Source: a bacterium
Lineage (GTDB): Bacteria > Hinthialibacterota > Hinthialibacteria > Hinthialibacterales > Hinthialibacteraceae
DNA length: 64,000 nucleotides
NCBI GenBank assembly: GCA_963663405.2
Contig: CAXXSM010000036.1
Coordinates: 1-64,000, forward strand
Direction of reading: 5' to 3'
Each line of letters starts with the position of its first letter. Position 1 is the stretch's first letter. Of the stretch, positions 10,253-19,737 are shown piece after piece. A model generated the notes under the pieces. That model saw nothing but the letters and a program-made list of their open reading frames with translations. It had not been told where the DNA came from and searched no databases. The position numbers were made by a program, and so were the translations under genes.

Positions 10253-10816
10253 ATGAAGCGTTTGATGTTAGTGTTATTAGCAGCAGGATTGATTGTATCG
10301 TTCGTGTTTCCCTTATATAACTTTGCTGAAGAGGAAGACGAAGTGATTGAATTTATCGGCGCGAATGTCTGTAAGATGTGCCACAACCAGAAAAGCAAAG
10401 GCAAGTATTACGATGATTGGATGGGAAGCGCGCACGCCAAAGCGTTCGATCGGCTATCCGAAGAAGAACAGAAGAATCCAAAATGTCAAAAATGCCATAC
10501 GACTGGCTTTGGCGCACCCGGCGGCTTTGTTAGCTTGGAAGACAAACAGTCAAAAAAGAAACTGCACGTGCAATGTGAAATGTGTCATGGGCCGGGTGGG
10601 AATCATAAACGATCCAATCCAAAGAAAAAGATTCCTAACGCTTGGAAGCCGGAAGAAAAGCGCTGCGGGGTCTGTCACAATCCCGAAAGTCCATTTTGGG
10701 ATCCGGAACGTTATGTGGATGAAGAAGGAAACAAAGCCGGTTTCATTTACAAAATCGCGGTCAAGAAAGTCAACCATTCAAAAGTGAAAGAGGCGCTTAA
10801 ACAGCAGAATCCCTAA
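10253..10816 (+). CDS. Exported tetrahaem cytochrome c (c554-like)
   Basis: Signal peptide; four CxxCH motifs (CKMCH, CQKCH, CEMCH, CGVCH); W..S.HA and CE.CHGPG pattern. Confidence 0.85.
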   Translation: MKRLMLVLLAAGLIVSFVFPLYNFAEEEDEVIEFIGANVCKMCHNQKSKGKYYDDWMGSAHAKAFDRLSEEEQKNPKCQKCHTTGFGAPGGFVSLEDKQSKKKLHVQCEMCHGPGGNHKRSNPKKKIPNAWKPEEKRCGVCHNPESPFWDPERYVDEEGNKAGFIYKIAVKKVNHSKVKEALKQQNP

Positions 10817-10856
10817 TATTCGTTTTTATTCCATTTATTCCTGTCTTTCGAGTGGA

Positions 10857-12050
10857 TTACCGCATCCCCCATTTGTTCATCCATTTTAAATTATTCTCGA
10901 TCATCGCGTTTCTCTGTGAGACACAAACAGAAGAACGCAGGCCATCTTCCGGAGTGTTCAACACGTAATCCAACAATTTTTCCACTGTGCTGACCGCTAC
11001 GTAGAGCCGGGTGTCGGAAGCGCCATAATAAATGTAAACGTCTCCATTCTCTCGCACAATCCAACCATTAGAAAAGACCACGTTCGAGACATCGCCGATA
11101 CGTTCTTCCCCTTCCGGCGCCATGAAATAGCCGCCTGGTTCTTTGATGATCCGGGTGGGATCATTTAAGTCCGCCAGGAACATGTATAACACGTATCGCA
11201 TTCCCGCCGCCGTGTCGCGCACGCCATGCGCCAAGTGCAGCCATCCTTGATCCGTCTTGACCGGCGCGGGGCCTAAGCCGTTTTTGCCTTCTTTTATGGT
11301 GTGATATTCGCGCCGGTTAATGATAATTTCGTTGTCGATGACGGCGTGTTCGATCGAATCGCATAATCCCCAGCCGATGCCTTCTCCGGAACCTGTCGCC
11401 GCGAAGTCCAGTAATGGGCGGGTATAGAAGGCATATTTACCATCAATGAATTCAGGATGCAGGACGCAGTTCCGCTGCTGTTTGGATTGTGTGCGCAGAT
11501 CCGGCAGGCGTTCCCAGGTTTTTAAATCCTTTGTCCGGGCGATCCCACAGCTGGCGGCCGCCGCCGACAGATCTTCTGGATGATCCGGATCGTGACGTTC
11601 CGAGCAGAATAATCCATAGATCCATCCATCCTCATGTTGAACCAAGCGCATATCATAAACATTCGTCTCTCGATCGCCGGTTTCGGGCATGACAATGGGA
11701 TAATCCCAGAATTGGAATTGATCTACGCCGGTTGGGCTTTCCGCCACAGCGAAAAAGGATTTCCGGTCCCATCCTTCCACACGGGCCATCACATAAAATG
11801 TCCCATTCAAGTCAATGGCGCCCGCGTTGAAGACGCTGTTGATTCCCATCCGTTCCATCAGATGGGGATTCGTCTCGTGGTTCAGATCGTACCGCCAAAA
11901 TATGGGGGTATGAGCCGCCGTTAAAACGGGATATTGATAACGGTCATATATCCCGTTTCCTTCAGTAACTTTCTTGTTTGATCGTTCGATAAAAATCTGA
12001 TGGTCGTTGAATAATTCTTTTACCCGCCGGTCGAATTCCTCTTTCCGCAT
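10857..12050 (-). CDS. GH130 4-O-beta-D-mannosyl-D-glucose phosphorylase-like
   Basis: [53 protein letters not shown]; in operon with an epimerase. Confidence 0.88.
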   Translation of the reverse strand: MRKEEFDRRVKELFNDHQIFIERSNKKVTEGNGIYDRYQYPVLTAAHTPIFWRYDLNHETNPHLMERMGINSVFNAGAIDLNGTFYVMARVEGWDRKSFFAVAESPTGVDQFQFWDYPIVMPETGDRETNVYDMRLVQHEDGWIYGLFCSERHDPDHPEDLSAAAASCGIARTKDLKTWERLPDLRTQSKQQRNCVLHPEFIDGKYAFYTRPLLDFAATGSGEGIGWGLCDSIEHAVIDNEIIINRREYHTIKEGKNGLGPAPVKTDQGWLHLAHGVRDTAAGMRYVLYMFLADLNDPTRIIKEPGGYFMAPEGEERIGDVSNVVFSNGWIVRENGDVYIYYGASDTRLYVAVSTVEKLLDYVLNTPEDGLRSSVCVSQRNAMIENNLKWMNKWGMR

Positions 12051-12052
12051 GG

Positions 12053-13270
12053 TTATTCTTCTTTCCAATCGATTCGCCGCAGCCGGCGCGTCGTCTCTAA
12101 ACAGGCACGTGTGTTATGGTAGGGGCCTTTCCACTCGGATACTTTCGGTTCATTGGGATCCACGCGCCCATCCCGCGATACCCGCCAGAACCATTCTCCA
12201 TAGTGTTTGTCAATCATACGCTGTTCGATAAATGTCCATACCCCCAGGGCGGCGTCGAAAAAAGATTCCTTTCCACAGAGTTCATACGCGTTCAAGAATC
12301 CTACAACCGCTTCCGCCTGTGGCCACCATTCTTTATTAAAATCGATCACGGCGCCATTCTGACCTTCATAGAACAAACCACCGTCCGTGTCCAACCCTTG
12401 TTCGCATGTCACCCGCGCGATTTGAAGAACCAAGTTTCGTATTTCAGAAAGCAGCGGTTCTTTTTCCAAAACTTCGGCGGCTTCATGCAAAAGCCAGCTG
12501 CCCTCGATATCGTGCCCAAATGTGTAAGTGGCCGATTTTACATTCCAACGTTCATCGAAGAAATGATGGAAGTGAAACGTTTCTGGATCGAGAATGCGCC
12601 GTTTGAATAATTGGATTAGTTCCTCTAACCGATTCGCTAGGGTATTATCTTTCCATACTCGATAGAGGTGGGTATAGGCTTCGAGGAGATGCAAGTGGTT
12701 GTTCATGGACTTTTTTTCGTTCATGTCCTTGACGCTTAACCGGCAGTCATTCACCAGCGCCCAATCCCGGTCAAAAGTTTCGAAATACCCACTCCATTCC
12801 TCGTCATGGCTGTTTTGCTCAATTTGTTTGAATAACCGGATCGCTCGATCCAACGCGGGTAAGCGTTCAACCGCCAAGTAATATTCAATCAGCGCGTAGA
12901 GATAAAACGCCTGGCCATAGATTTTCTTCTTCCCATCCAAACAGTTGCCCAACCGGTCCACACGCCAGAAGGCGCCGCCGTATTCTCGATCCCAGAAAAA
13001 ACAGTCTAAATAATCGTACGCCCGCTGCGCCAGTTCCCTGCAGGATTGATCTTGCGTAGATCGATAGACCGCCGCATATGTCCACAAAAGACGCGCGTTC
13101 AAAATTAAACCTTTCGGAGCGTCTAGATTGACAATGAGATCGTTGGCCATCTCTGCCGTAAAGCCACCATTTTCACGATCGATGACTTTATTCATCCAAA
13201 AAGGAAGGATATTCTCCATCAATTCTCGCTGGACTCTATAGAGAAGATCCAATCTGCGTGTATTGTTCAT
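12053..13270 (-). CDS. Cellobiose 2-epimerase (AGE family)
   Basis: [47 protein letters not shown]. Confidence 0.88.
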   Translation of the reverse strand: MNNTRRLDLLYRVQRELMENILPFWMNKVIDRENGGFTAEMANDLIVNLDAPKGLILNARLLWTYAAVYRSTQDQSCRELAQRAYDYLDCFFWDREYGGAFWRVDRLGNCLDGKKKIYGQAFYLYALIEYYLAVERLPALDRAIRLFKQIEQNSHDEEWSGYFETFDRDWALVNDCRLSVKDMNEKKSMNNHLHLLEAYTHLYRVWKDNTLANRLEELIQLFKRRILDPETFHFHHFFDERWNVKSATYTFGHDIEGSWLLHEAAEVLEKEPLLSEIRNLVLQIARVTCEQGLDTDGGLFYEGQNGAVIDFNKEWWPQAEAVVGFLNAYELCGKESFFDAALGVWTFIEQRMIDKHYGEWFWRVSRDGRVDPNEPKVSEWKGPYHNTRACLETTRRLRRIDWKEE

Positions 13271-13288
13271 TTATAAAATGTATATGAC

Positions 13289-15109
13289 TCAGTCTTCCAA
13301 CCGGTCCCACCAATTGACTTTCAACACAATCGTAGTCACGAGCGCCACCGCCAATGAGCAGAGAGCGAGATTGGTTTCATGTATCACTAAAAACATGGGG
13401 AACGTGATGAGCGCCATCTGCCAGATCATCCCAATCAACACGTTAAAGCAATCCCGCCCGAAATCGCGGTTCTTCTGAAAATCAGGATTTTCCATTTTGA
13501 CTTTACGATAAACCGGTTCCCAGAATCCCCATGGCCGGACGGTCGTATAAAATTTCTTTAACACTTCTTCTTTTTCGGGCCGGGTCAACAGGCTTCCAAA
13601 GAAACATCCCAGGATGGAAACCAGCAGAATCGCCGGAAAACCATAGATCTCATGCAGATTTGGATAATAGTGTTCCCGGACGATCTCCATCACAATCGGC
13701 GCGGCCAACGCGGCGGCGATTCCGGCGATCATCCCCCAGAAAAAACCATAGCCGTTGAACCGCCACCAGTACCATTTCAAGATGTTTGACGCCGCATATC
13801 CACCGAAAAGCGCTGTGACAATCCATTGGGTTACATCGTCGATCGATTCGACGACAAAGCCGAACGCGACGCCAACGACTACAACCGACAATGAGGCGAT
13901 ATAACTGATCATGATGTATTTCTTTTGGCTGGCGTCGGGATTGATGAAGCGTTTATAAATATCGTTCACGATGTACGCCGGGGCGGCGTTGACCGTCGCG
14001 GCGAAAGTGGACATAAACGCCGACAGCAAACCGGCGATCAAGATTCCCATCAAACCGATCGGGATAAAGTTTTTAATCGCATAGGGTAGGATCAACTCGA
14101 AATCCAATTTATCACCCATCGCCCGTAAATCCGGCATAAAATAGCCCAGCGCAAGCACAGTCAATCCCATAATCATCATATACCGGGGAATAAAGAGCGC
14201 GACATTCACAAACCAACTCATCTTGGCCGCTTCTTTGGGGCTTCTGGTGGCGAGAATCCGCTGCATATCATAGTTCGGCGCCGGTCCGGCGAGGCTGACC
14301 AAAATGCCTTTGAACATCATCATGAAAAAGAAGATTGTGAACAAGGAATACCCATCCTCAACGATCTTGGCATTGACCGAATCGAGTATGCCCGTCCAAT
14401 CTAAATCCAGATTCCAGCCGAAAAAGAGACTTTTCCATCCATCGGGAACCGCCTGATTGAGCATTTCAGGGGTGACTTTCATCATGGCGATGATCCCGAC
14501 GGCGATCGACGCCAATGTCATGATTGAGAATTGCAGCACCTCAGTCAGCACAACCCCGAACATCCCGCCTTTTACGACATAGAGAGTTGTTATAGAGAGA
14601 ATGATCAAGGCGTAGATATCGGGCGGCAGGTCCCACGGTAATAAGATCGAAGCGAACTTGCCGATCCCTTTAAACGCATAGGCCAAAAAACCGATTACAC
14701 TCACAAGGGCGAAGATCACAACGCTGATGTGAGCCAGTATCGCCCCCGTGCCCTGACCGAAGCGCAGGGTAATCCATTCCGCGCCGGTTAGCACATTCGA
14801 TCGACGCAGCCAGGCGCTTAAAAACACCATCAGAATAATTTGATTGAATGTGGGCCAAATCCAGGGCAGCCAGGCGCTTTTTAAACCGTAGACAAAGCAG
14901 ATATAAACCAGCCACATTGTACCGGTGATATCAAACATGCCCGAAGCGTTGGAGACGCCCAGTATATACCAAGGCAGTACTTTTCCCCCCAGGAAATAGG
15001 AATCTAAATTTTTCGAAGCCCTTTTCGATACCCATAATCCAAGAGCGACCGTCGTTAGTAAATAGGCGATAATAATGACAACATCAATGATATGAAGTTC
15101 AAATTCCAT
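13289..15109 (-). CDS. Sodium:solute symporter (probable manno-oligosaccharide uptake)
   Basis: Many hydrophobic helices; YFLGGK, MQRILA, SAFMST SSS motifs. Confidence 0.88.
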   Translation of the reverse strand: MEFELHIIDVVIIIAYLLTTVALGLWVSKRASKNLDSYFLGGKVLPWYILGVSNASGMFDITGTMWLVYICFVYGLKSAWLPWIWPTFNQIILMVFLSAWLRRSNVLTGAEWITLRFGQGTGAILAHISVVIFALVSVIGFLAYAFKGIGKFASILLPWDLPPDIYALIILSITTLYVVKGGMFGVVLTEVLQFSIMTLASIAVGIIAMMKVTPEMLNQAVPDGWKSLFFGWNLDLDWTGILDSVNAKIVEDGYSLFTIFFFMMMFKGILVSLAGPAPNYDMQRILATRSPKEAAKMSWFVNVALFIPRYMMIMGLTVLALGYFMPDLRAMGDKLDFELILPYAIKNFIPIGLMGILIAGLLSAFMSTFAATVNAAPAYIVNDIYKRFINPDASQKKYIMISYIASLSVVVVGVAFGFVVESIDDVTQWIVTALFGGYAASNILKWYWWRFNGYGFFWGMIAGIAAALAAPIVMEIVREHYYPNLHEIYGFPAILLVSILGCFFGSLLTRPEKEEVLKKFYTTVRPWGFWEPVYRKVKMENPDFQKNRDFGRDCFNVLIGMIWQMALITFPMFLVIHETNLALCSLAVALVTTIVLKVNWWDRLED

Positions 15110-15463
15110 AGAACTCTCTCCCCTTCCGGTATCTTTCCGTCAGTCAAAACAAGCTACATTGATTCAAAAAGATTTTGAAATCCCCGCAAACTTCTGAAGT
15201 CCCATATTCTTCCAATATCTTTAGAATACACCTGGCATAGTACATCTTTTAACAACCCACCAACAGCATCCAATTCCAATTCCGCGTTGTCAAGTCACTG
15301 GGTGAATGTTATGAGAATAGAAGGGATGAAAGATTACATGAAAAGGAAATGAAGAGTGAATGACCAGGATAAGGTGATTTCTTTTCAATACACGGAAAAA
15401 GCGGAAGAGGCTATTACACCCCTTCCGCTGGGAACTTTCTCTTGCCAGTTCGATCCAAATCGA

Positions 15464-17983
15464 TTATGGGATCACTCTCACAATCCGGAATCCAATGTCG
15501 ATATATGGATAATCTTTGCTGTGAGTCCGACGGATCGCGGATCGTAGATAAAAATCGGCAGTTTTAAAACCGCCTCCCCGTTTGATGACATTTGAGCCTG
15601 AAACTGGACCTGTGGGATTCAGCTGTTTGAGTTCGATATAATTGTTCTCATAATCCTGCACCCATTCATGCACATTTCCAAGCATATCGTGCAATCCCCA
15701 ATTATTGGGCTCCTTTTGTCCAACCTCTTGTGTTTCATTGGATGAGTTGGCGCCATACCAGGCATACGTATTAATTACAGTGGGATCAGTACTATCACCC
15801 CAATAATATGCGGTAGTTGTCCCTGCGCGGCATGCGTATTCCCATTCCGCTTCGGTTGGGAGACGGTATGTGCCCAATCCTTTTTGATTTAACGCATCAA
15901 TGAAAGCTTGACAGTTGTTCCATGAGACATTTTCAACAGGATTATTTGGATGGCCGGAATTGGATGATGGTGTAGTACCCATCACCGCTTCCCACTGCGC
16001 TTGTGTAATTTCGTATTTCCCCATATAGAAATTCTTGCTAATCCAGACTTGATGTGTGGGTCTCTCCGAATTGTCATAACCTACCTCTGTTCCCATCGTA
16101 AATGTGCCCGCTGGGATCGCGACCATTTCCAAAGGCGTGTCCCCTGAATCAAGATCGAGTGGAATGATGATGGAATTAAATTCCGGTGGAATCGCCGCTG
16201 CTCCTGAATCCCCCGCAGGTCCTTGGGGGCCTTCCGGGCCTTGCTCCCCTTGAGGTCCAGCAGGTCCAGTTTCACCCTGCGGCCCTTGGGGACCAATGGG
16301 ACCAATCTCGCCTTGTAATCCCTGCTCCCCTTGAGGTCCAGCAGGTCCAGTTTCACCCTGCGGCCCTTGGGGACCAATGGGACCAATCTCGCCTTGTAAT
16401 CCCTGCTCCCCTTGTGGTCCAGCAGGTCCAGTTTCACCCTGCGGCCCTTGGGGACCAATGGGACCAATCTCGCCTTGTAATCCCTGCTCCCCTTGAGGTC
16501 CAGCAGGTCCAGTTTCACCCTGCGGCCCTTGGGGACCAATGGGACCAATCTCGCCTTGTAATCCCTGCTCCCCTTGTGGTCCAGCAGGTCCAGTTTCACC
16601 CTGCGGCCCTTGGGGACCAATGGGACCAATCTCGCCTTGTAATCCCTGCTCCCCTTGAGGTCCAGCAGGTCCAGTTTCACCCTGCGGCCCTTGGGGACCA
16701 ATGGGACCAATCTCGCCTTGTAATCCCTGCTCCCCTTGTGGTCCAGCAGGTCCAGTTTCACCCTGCGGCCCTTGGGGACCAATGGGACCAATCTCGCCTT
16801 GTAATCCCTGCTCCCCTTGTGGTCCAGCAGGTCCAGTTTCACCCTGCGGCCCTTGGGGACCAATGGGACCAATCTCGCCTTGTAATCCCTGCTCCCCTTG
16901 TGGTCCAGCAGGTCCAGTTTCACCCTGCGGCCCTTGGGGACCAATGGGACCAATCTCGCCTTGTAATCCCTGCTCCCCTTGTGGTCCAGCAAGTCCAGTT
17001 TCACCCTGCGGCCCTTGAGGTCCAGCGGGACCAATCTCGCCTTGTAATCCCTGCTCCCCTTGTGGTCCAGCAGGTCCAGTTTCACCCTGCGGCCCTTGAG
17101 GTCCAGCGGGACCAATCTCGCCTTGTAATCCCTGCTCCCCTTGTGGTCCAGCAGGTCCAGTTTCACCCTGCGGCCCTTGGGGACCAATGGGGCCAATCTC
17201 ACCTTGAATACCTTGCTCGCCTTGAGGCCCAGCGGGTCCTTGTTCTCCCTGCGGTCCTTGCTCCCCTTGTGGCCCTTGCGGTCCTGGAGGTCCTTGTGGA
17301 CCTTCTCCACCACCGCCCGCGCCTTCGAACACTATCTCCAGTTCCATTGGATGACTGGTTCCTATATTCTCCTTCGAATCCAATATGACATTGATATCGC
17401 TTTCCTCAATTGGAATGAACGCAAGTCCGAAATTCGGTCCACCTTCCTCATCTGTCCAATATTGGACAAAAGGAGTGATATCAACTGTCATGAAATCTTG
17501 TTCATTCGCTTCTTCGATAGGAACGAGCGCATGATAGTCCCAAGCGACACCGGGAGCGTTATTCGAATCAAGTGTTGTTTCATCCCAGGTATCGAGAACC
17601 ATGTAAATACCAAGAGAACCAGCTCTTCGAACATTTTGAACGAAAAAACGTAATTTCGCATCGATCACGGGTGTATCCGCTGGTATTGTAGATAAATCAA
17701 AACGCACAAAGGTCTGACATTCACTATTCAAAAATTTAAGTTCATTAATATCGCGATCGTACGAAGTTGTATTCCGTACGTATAATTGTTGTGTCCATCC
17801 CCATTGTTTGAGTAAATTTGCGATTTTCCAGAGGGGATTCGATTTTGTTTTTGTATTTGGTTTTGAATTATCCAATTCGATAAATCCGTCATCACTGACA
17901 TGTGCGGTGTAGGCGTATACAAAATTTGTCATCACACATGTTAACATGGCTACAAAGAAGATATTCCGGCAGATTCGTTTCAT
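15464..17983 (-). CDS. Secreted protein: DNRLRE/CBM96-like domain + collagen-like (Gly-X-Y) stalk + C-terminal FGE-sulfatase (SUMF1/EgtB/PvdO) domain
   Basis: Signal peptide; FVRFDLS...W.E.T...NN.P; long GXY run; [48 protein letters not shown]. Confidence 0.88.
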   Translation of the reverse strand: MKRICRNIFFVAMLTCVMTNFVYAYTAHVSDDGFIELDNSKPNTKTKSNPLWKIANLLKQWGWTQQLYVRNTTSYDRDINELKFLNSECQTFVRFDLSTIPADTPVIDAKLRFFVQNVRRAGSLGIYMVLDTWDETTLDSNNAPGVAWDYHALVPIEEANEQDFMTVDITPFVQYWTDEEGGPNFGLAFIPIEESDINVILDSKENIGTSHPMELEIVFEGAGGGGEGPQGPPGPQGPQGEQGPQGEQGPAGPQGEQGIQGEIGPIGPQGPQGETGPAGPQGEQGLQGEIGPAGPQGPQGETGPAGPQGEQGLQGEIGPAGPQGPQGETGLAGPQGEQGLQGEIGPIGPQGPQGETGPAGPQGEQGLQGEIGPIGPQGPQGETGPAGPQGEQGLQGEIGPIGPQGPQGETGPAGPQGEQGLQGEIGPIGPQGPQGETGPAGPQGEQGLQGEIGPIGPQGPQGETGPAGPQGEQGLQGEIGPIGPQGPQGETGPAGPQGEQGLQGEIGPIGPQGPQGETGPAGPQGEQGLQGEIGPIGPQGPQGETGPAGPQGEQGLQGEIGPIGPQGPQGETGPAGPQGEQGPEGPQGPAGDSGAAAIPPEFNSIIIPLDLDSGDTPLEMVAIPAGTFTMGTEVGYDNSERPTHQVWISKNFYMGKYEITQAQWEAVMGTTPSSNSGHPNNPVENVSWNNCQAFIDALNQKGLGTYRLPTEAEWEYACRAGTTTAYYWGDSTDPTVINTYAWYGANSSNETQEVGQKEPNNWGLHDMLGNVHEWVQDYENNYIELKQLNPTGPVSGSNVIKRGGGFKTADFYLRSAIRRTHSKDYPYIDIGFRIVRVIP
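16243..17300 (-). repeat. Intragenic 81-bp tandem repeat, about 12 near-identical copies, encoding [27 protein letters not shown]
   Basis: 'CAGGTCCAGTTTC' (one copy CAAGTC...) recurs every 81 bp from 16261 to 17152. Confidence 0.95.
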
Positions 17984-18330
17984 GATTCATTTCCCTTTCA
18001 TTGGAGTGAAATTGTAGAATCCTGAATTCCAATCCATCTTTTCCAAAAATTTATTATCGTAATACATTTTTTCATTCTTAAATCTATTCTAGGCTTGAAA
18101 TGAAATCGTGTAAACCCATTTTTGAAAGAAAATATAAAATTATGTATTAATAAATGACTATAATGTAATAAAAATTTATATATTTATTCCTTTATTGAAA
18201 GGTTTGAGATGGAATAAAACTTGACAAATAAAGAATAGGCGTGGTGAATGGAAGGTTCTTAATACAAAAATAATTTTTAGTTTAGAATAATGATGTGATA
18301 TTCGCGTTGTATTCAGGCGCTATTAAAACA

Positions 18331-19476
18331 TTAGAATTTTTCAATTAAACTTATTGGTTTTAATTCGATCAATGTCATTTCAGGAGGGCAGAATACGCGG
18401 ATAGGGGGTACATTCTCGCAATGTTCACAACCGATTCCAGCGGATACATTGAGATGAGTTGAACCAACTGAACGAAATCCACGCGCCCATTCGGATGGGA
18501 TATTACTATCGTAACTAATCGGACCAAAACCAGGAATCCGGACCTGACCCCCATGCGTATGTCCCGCGAGGCACAAATCGATTTTCAAATCGTTCACCGC
18601 GAGAATATAATCCGGCGCATGACCCATAAGTATAGTGAAATCATTGGGATCTGATTCATCTAACCATCGCTTGATCCGATTCTCACCGGTATAGCGCGAT
18701 TCCTTGCAGGAAAGCCCCAGAATCCGGATGCGGCTCTTTCCCACAGGCACAATTGCGCTTTGTGAGTAAAGTGTTGTAAGACAAGGGATGTTCTTTCTGA
18801 TGACTTCCGTCATAGACCAGTCCGAGTCGCCTTCAATGTTGAACATTCCCAAGGGAGCGCTAATAGTGTCAAACAACTGTGTGATCTTGGGTAATTCACT
18901 ATTCCACGTAGCGGGAGGGATGGGTTGGAGCATATCCCCTGTGTTTAAAATGAGATCGGGTTTCAGCTCGTTGATTTTCCGGAACGCGCGTTCTTCGTGG
19001 CTACCCACCGCGGCGGATTGAATATCGGTGATATGCAATAAACGGACTGGTTTTTCCAATTTAGGTGTTGAAAGCGATACACGGCGTAACACTAAGAAAT
19101 TAGGTTCAATATGCGTTGCGTAAATCCGGATGGAGAATAAGAAGACTGCGATTGTGATAAGAAGGATGGATACATAGATCTGTTTTTTCTCAATCCGCGT
19201 CATTCTATATTCCGCGAATACTGTGAGTCCAGAAATCAACACCAATGCTGGAAAATAAATCGTACTGAACGCGTATGTTTTAATAATCCACTTAAAAAAA
19301 GATAACTTAAGAAAAATAAATTCAATTAGATATGATAGATTGAAGCAGAAAAACATAACAATTAATAATACAATAAGTATGTTCGTCCAATCAGGCGCAG
19401 CTTTGCGTGTCCCAGTTTGAATGATCGAATCAGGATTCTCTTGCGAATCAACGATCGTGGCTGGTTTTACATCCAT
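18331..19476 (-). CDS. Membrane-anchored metallophosphoesterase (YkuE/YaeI-like)
   Basis: N-terminal TM helices; HITDIQ, TGD, GHAPD, GHTHGGQ. Confidence 0.85.
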   Translation of the reverse strand: MDVKPATIVDSQENPDSIIQTGTRKAAPDWTNILIVLLIVMFFCFNLSYLIEFIFLKLSFFKWIIKTYAFSTIYFPALVLISGLTVFAEYRMTRIEKKQIYVSILLITIAVFLFSIRIYATHIEPNFLVLRRVSLSTPKLEKPVRLLHITDIQSAAVGSHEERAFRKINELKPDLILNTGDMLQPIPPATWNSELPKITQLFDTISAPLGMFNIEGDSDWSMTEVIRKNIPCLTTLYSQSAIVPVGKSRIRILGLSCKESRYTGENRIKRWLDESDPNDFTILMGHAPDYILAVNDLKIDLCLAGHTHGGQVRIPGFGPISYDSNIPSEWARGFRSVGSTHLNVSAGIGCEHCENVPPIRVFCPPEMTLIELKPISLIEKF

Positions 19477-19737
19477 GAAACCGTTCCTTTCATCCTGCTT
19501 CTTGTAACTCTTTTATTCATAGAGAGATATCTTATTCTGATTCTTCTGTCTTCCGTAAATGTAAAATACTGTCCTCTTTAAGAATATAGGATAGGTATCC
19601 AAAAAAATAAGATAAAAATGGGAAAAAATTGTAATCTAATTCCAATATTATTCGTATGTTAAAATAATGTTAGGATATGCGCATAAGAAATTTCTGCGTT
19701 CTGTTCTTATTAATAAGTGGGAAAGAAAAGGTGATTT

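Noticed and set aside
15464-15600. FGE/CLec C-termini (here and at 59601) as diversity-generating retroelement targets
   Set aside because: No reverse transcriptase and no adenine-variant template repeat seen in the window; a remote DGR cannot be excluded
16243-17300. Possible CRISPR array
   Set aside because: Contiguous coding tandem repeat with no unique spacers and no cas genes
16081-17388. Long alternative ORFs (410 aa minus, 400 aa plus) over the collagen repeat
   Set aside because: Shadow frames that stay open only because the 81-bp unit lacks stops; the Gly-X-Y frame is continuous with real domains
17990-18330. AT-rich gap as a replication origin or ncRNA
   Set aside because: No DnaA-box cluster or stable structure seen; best explained as the promoter region of the collagen gene
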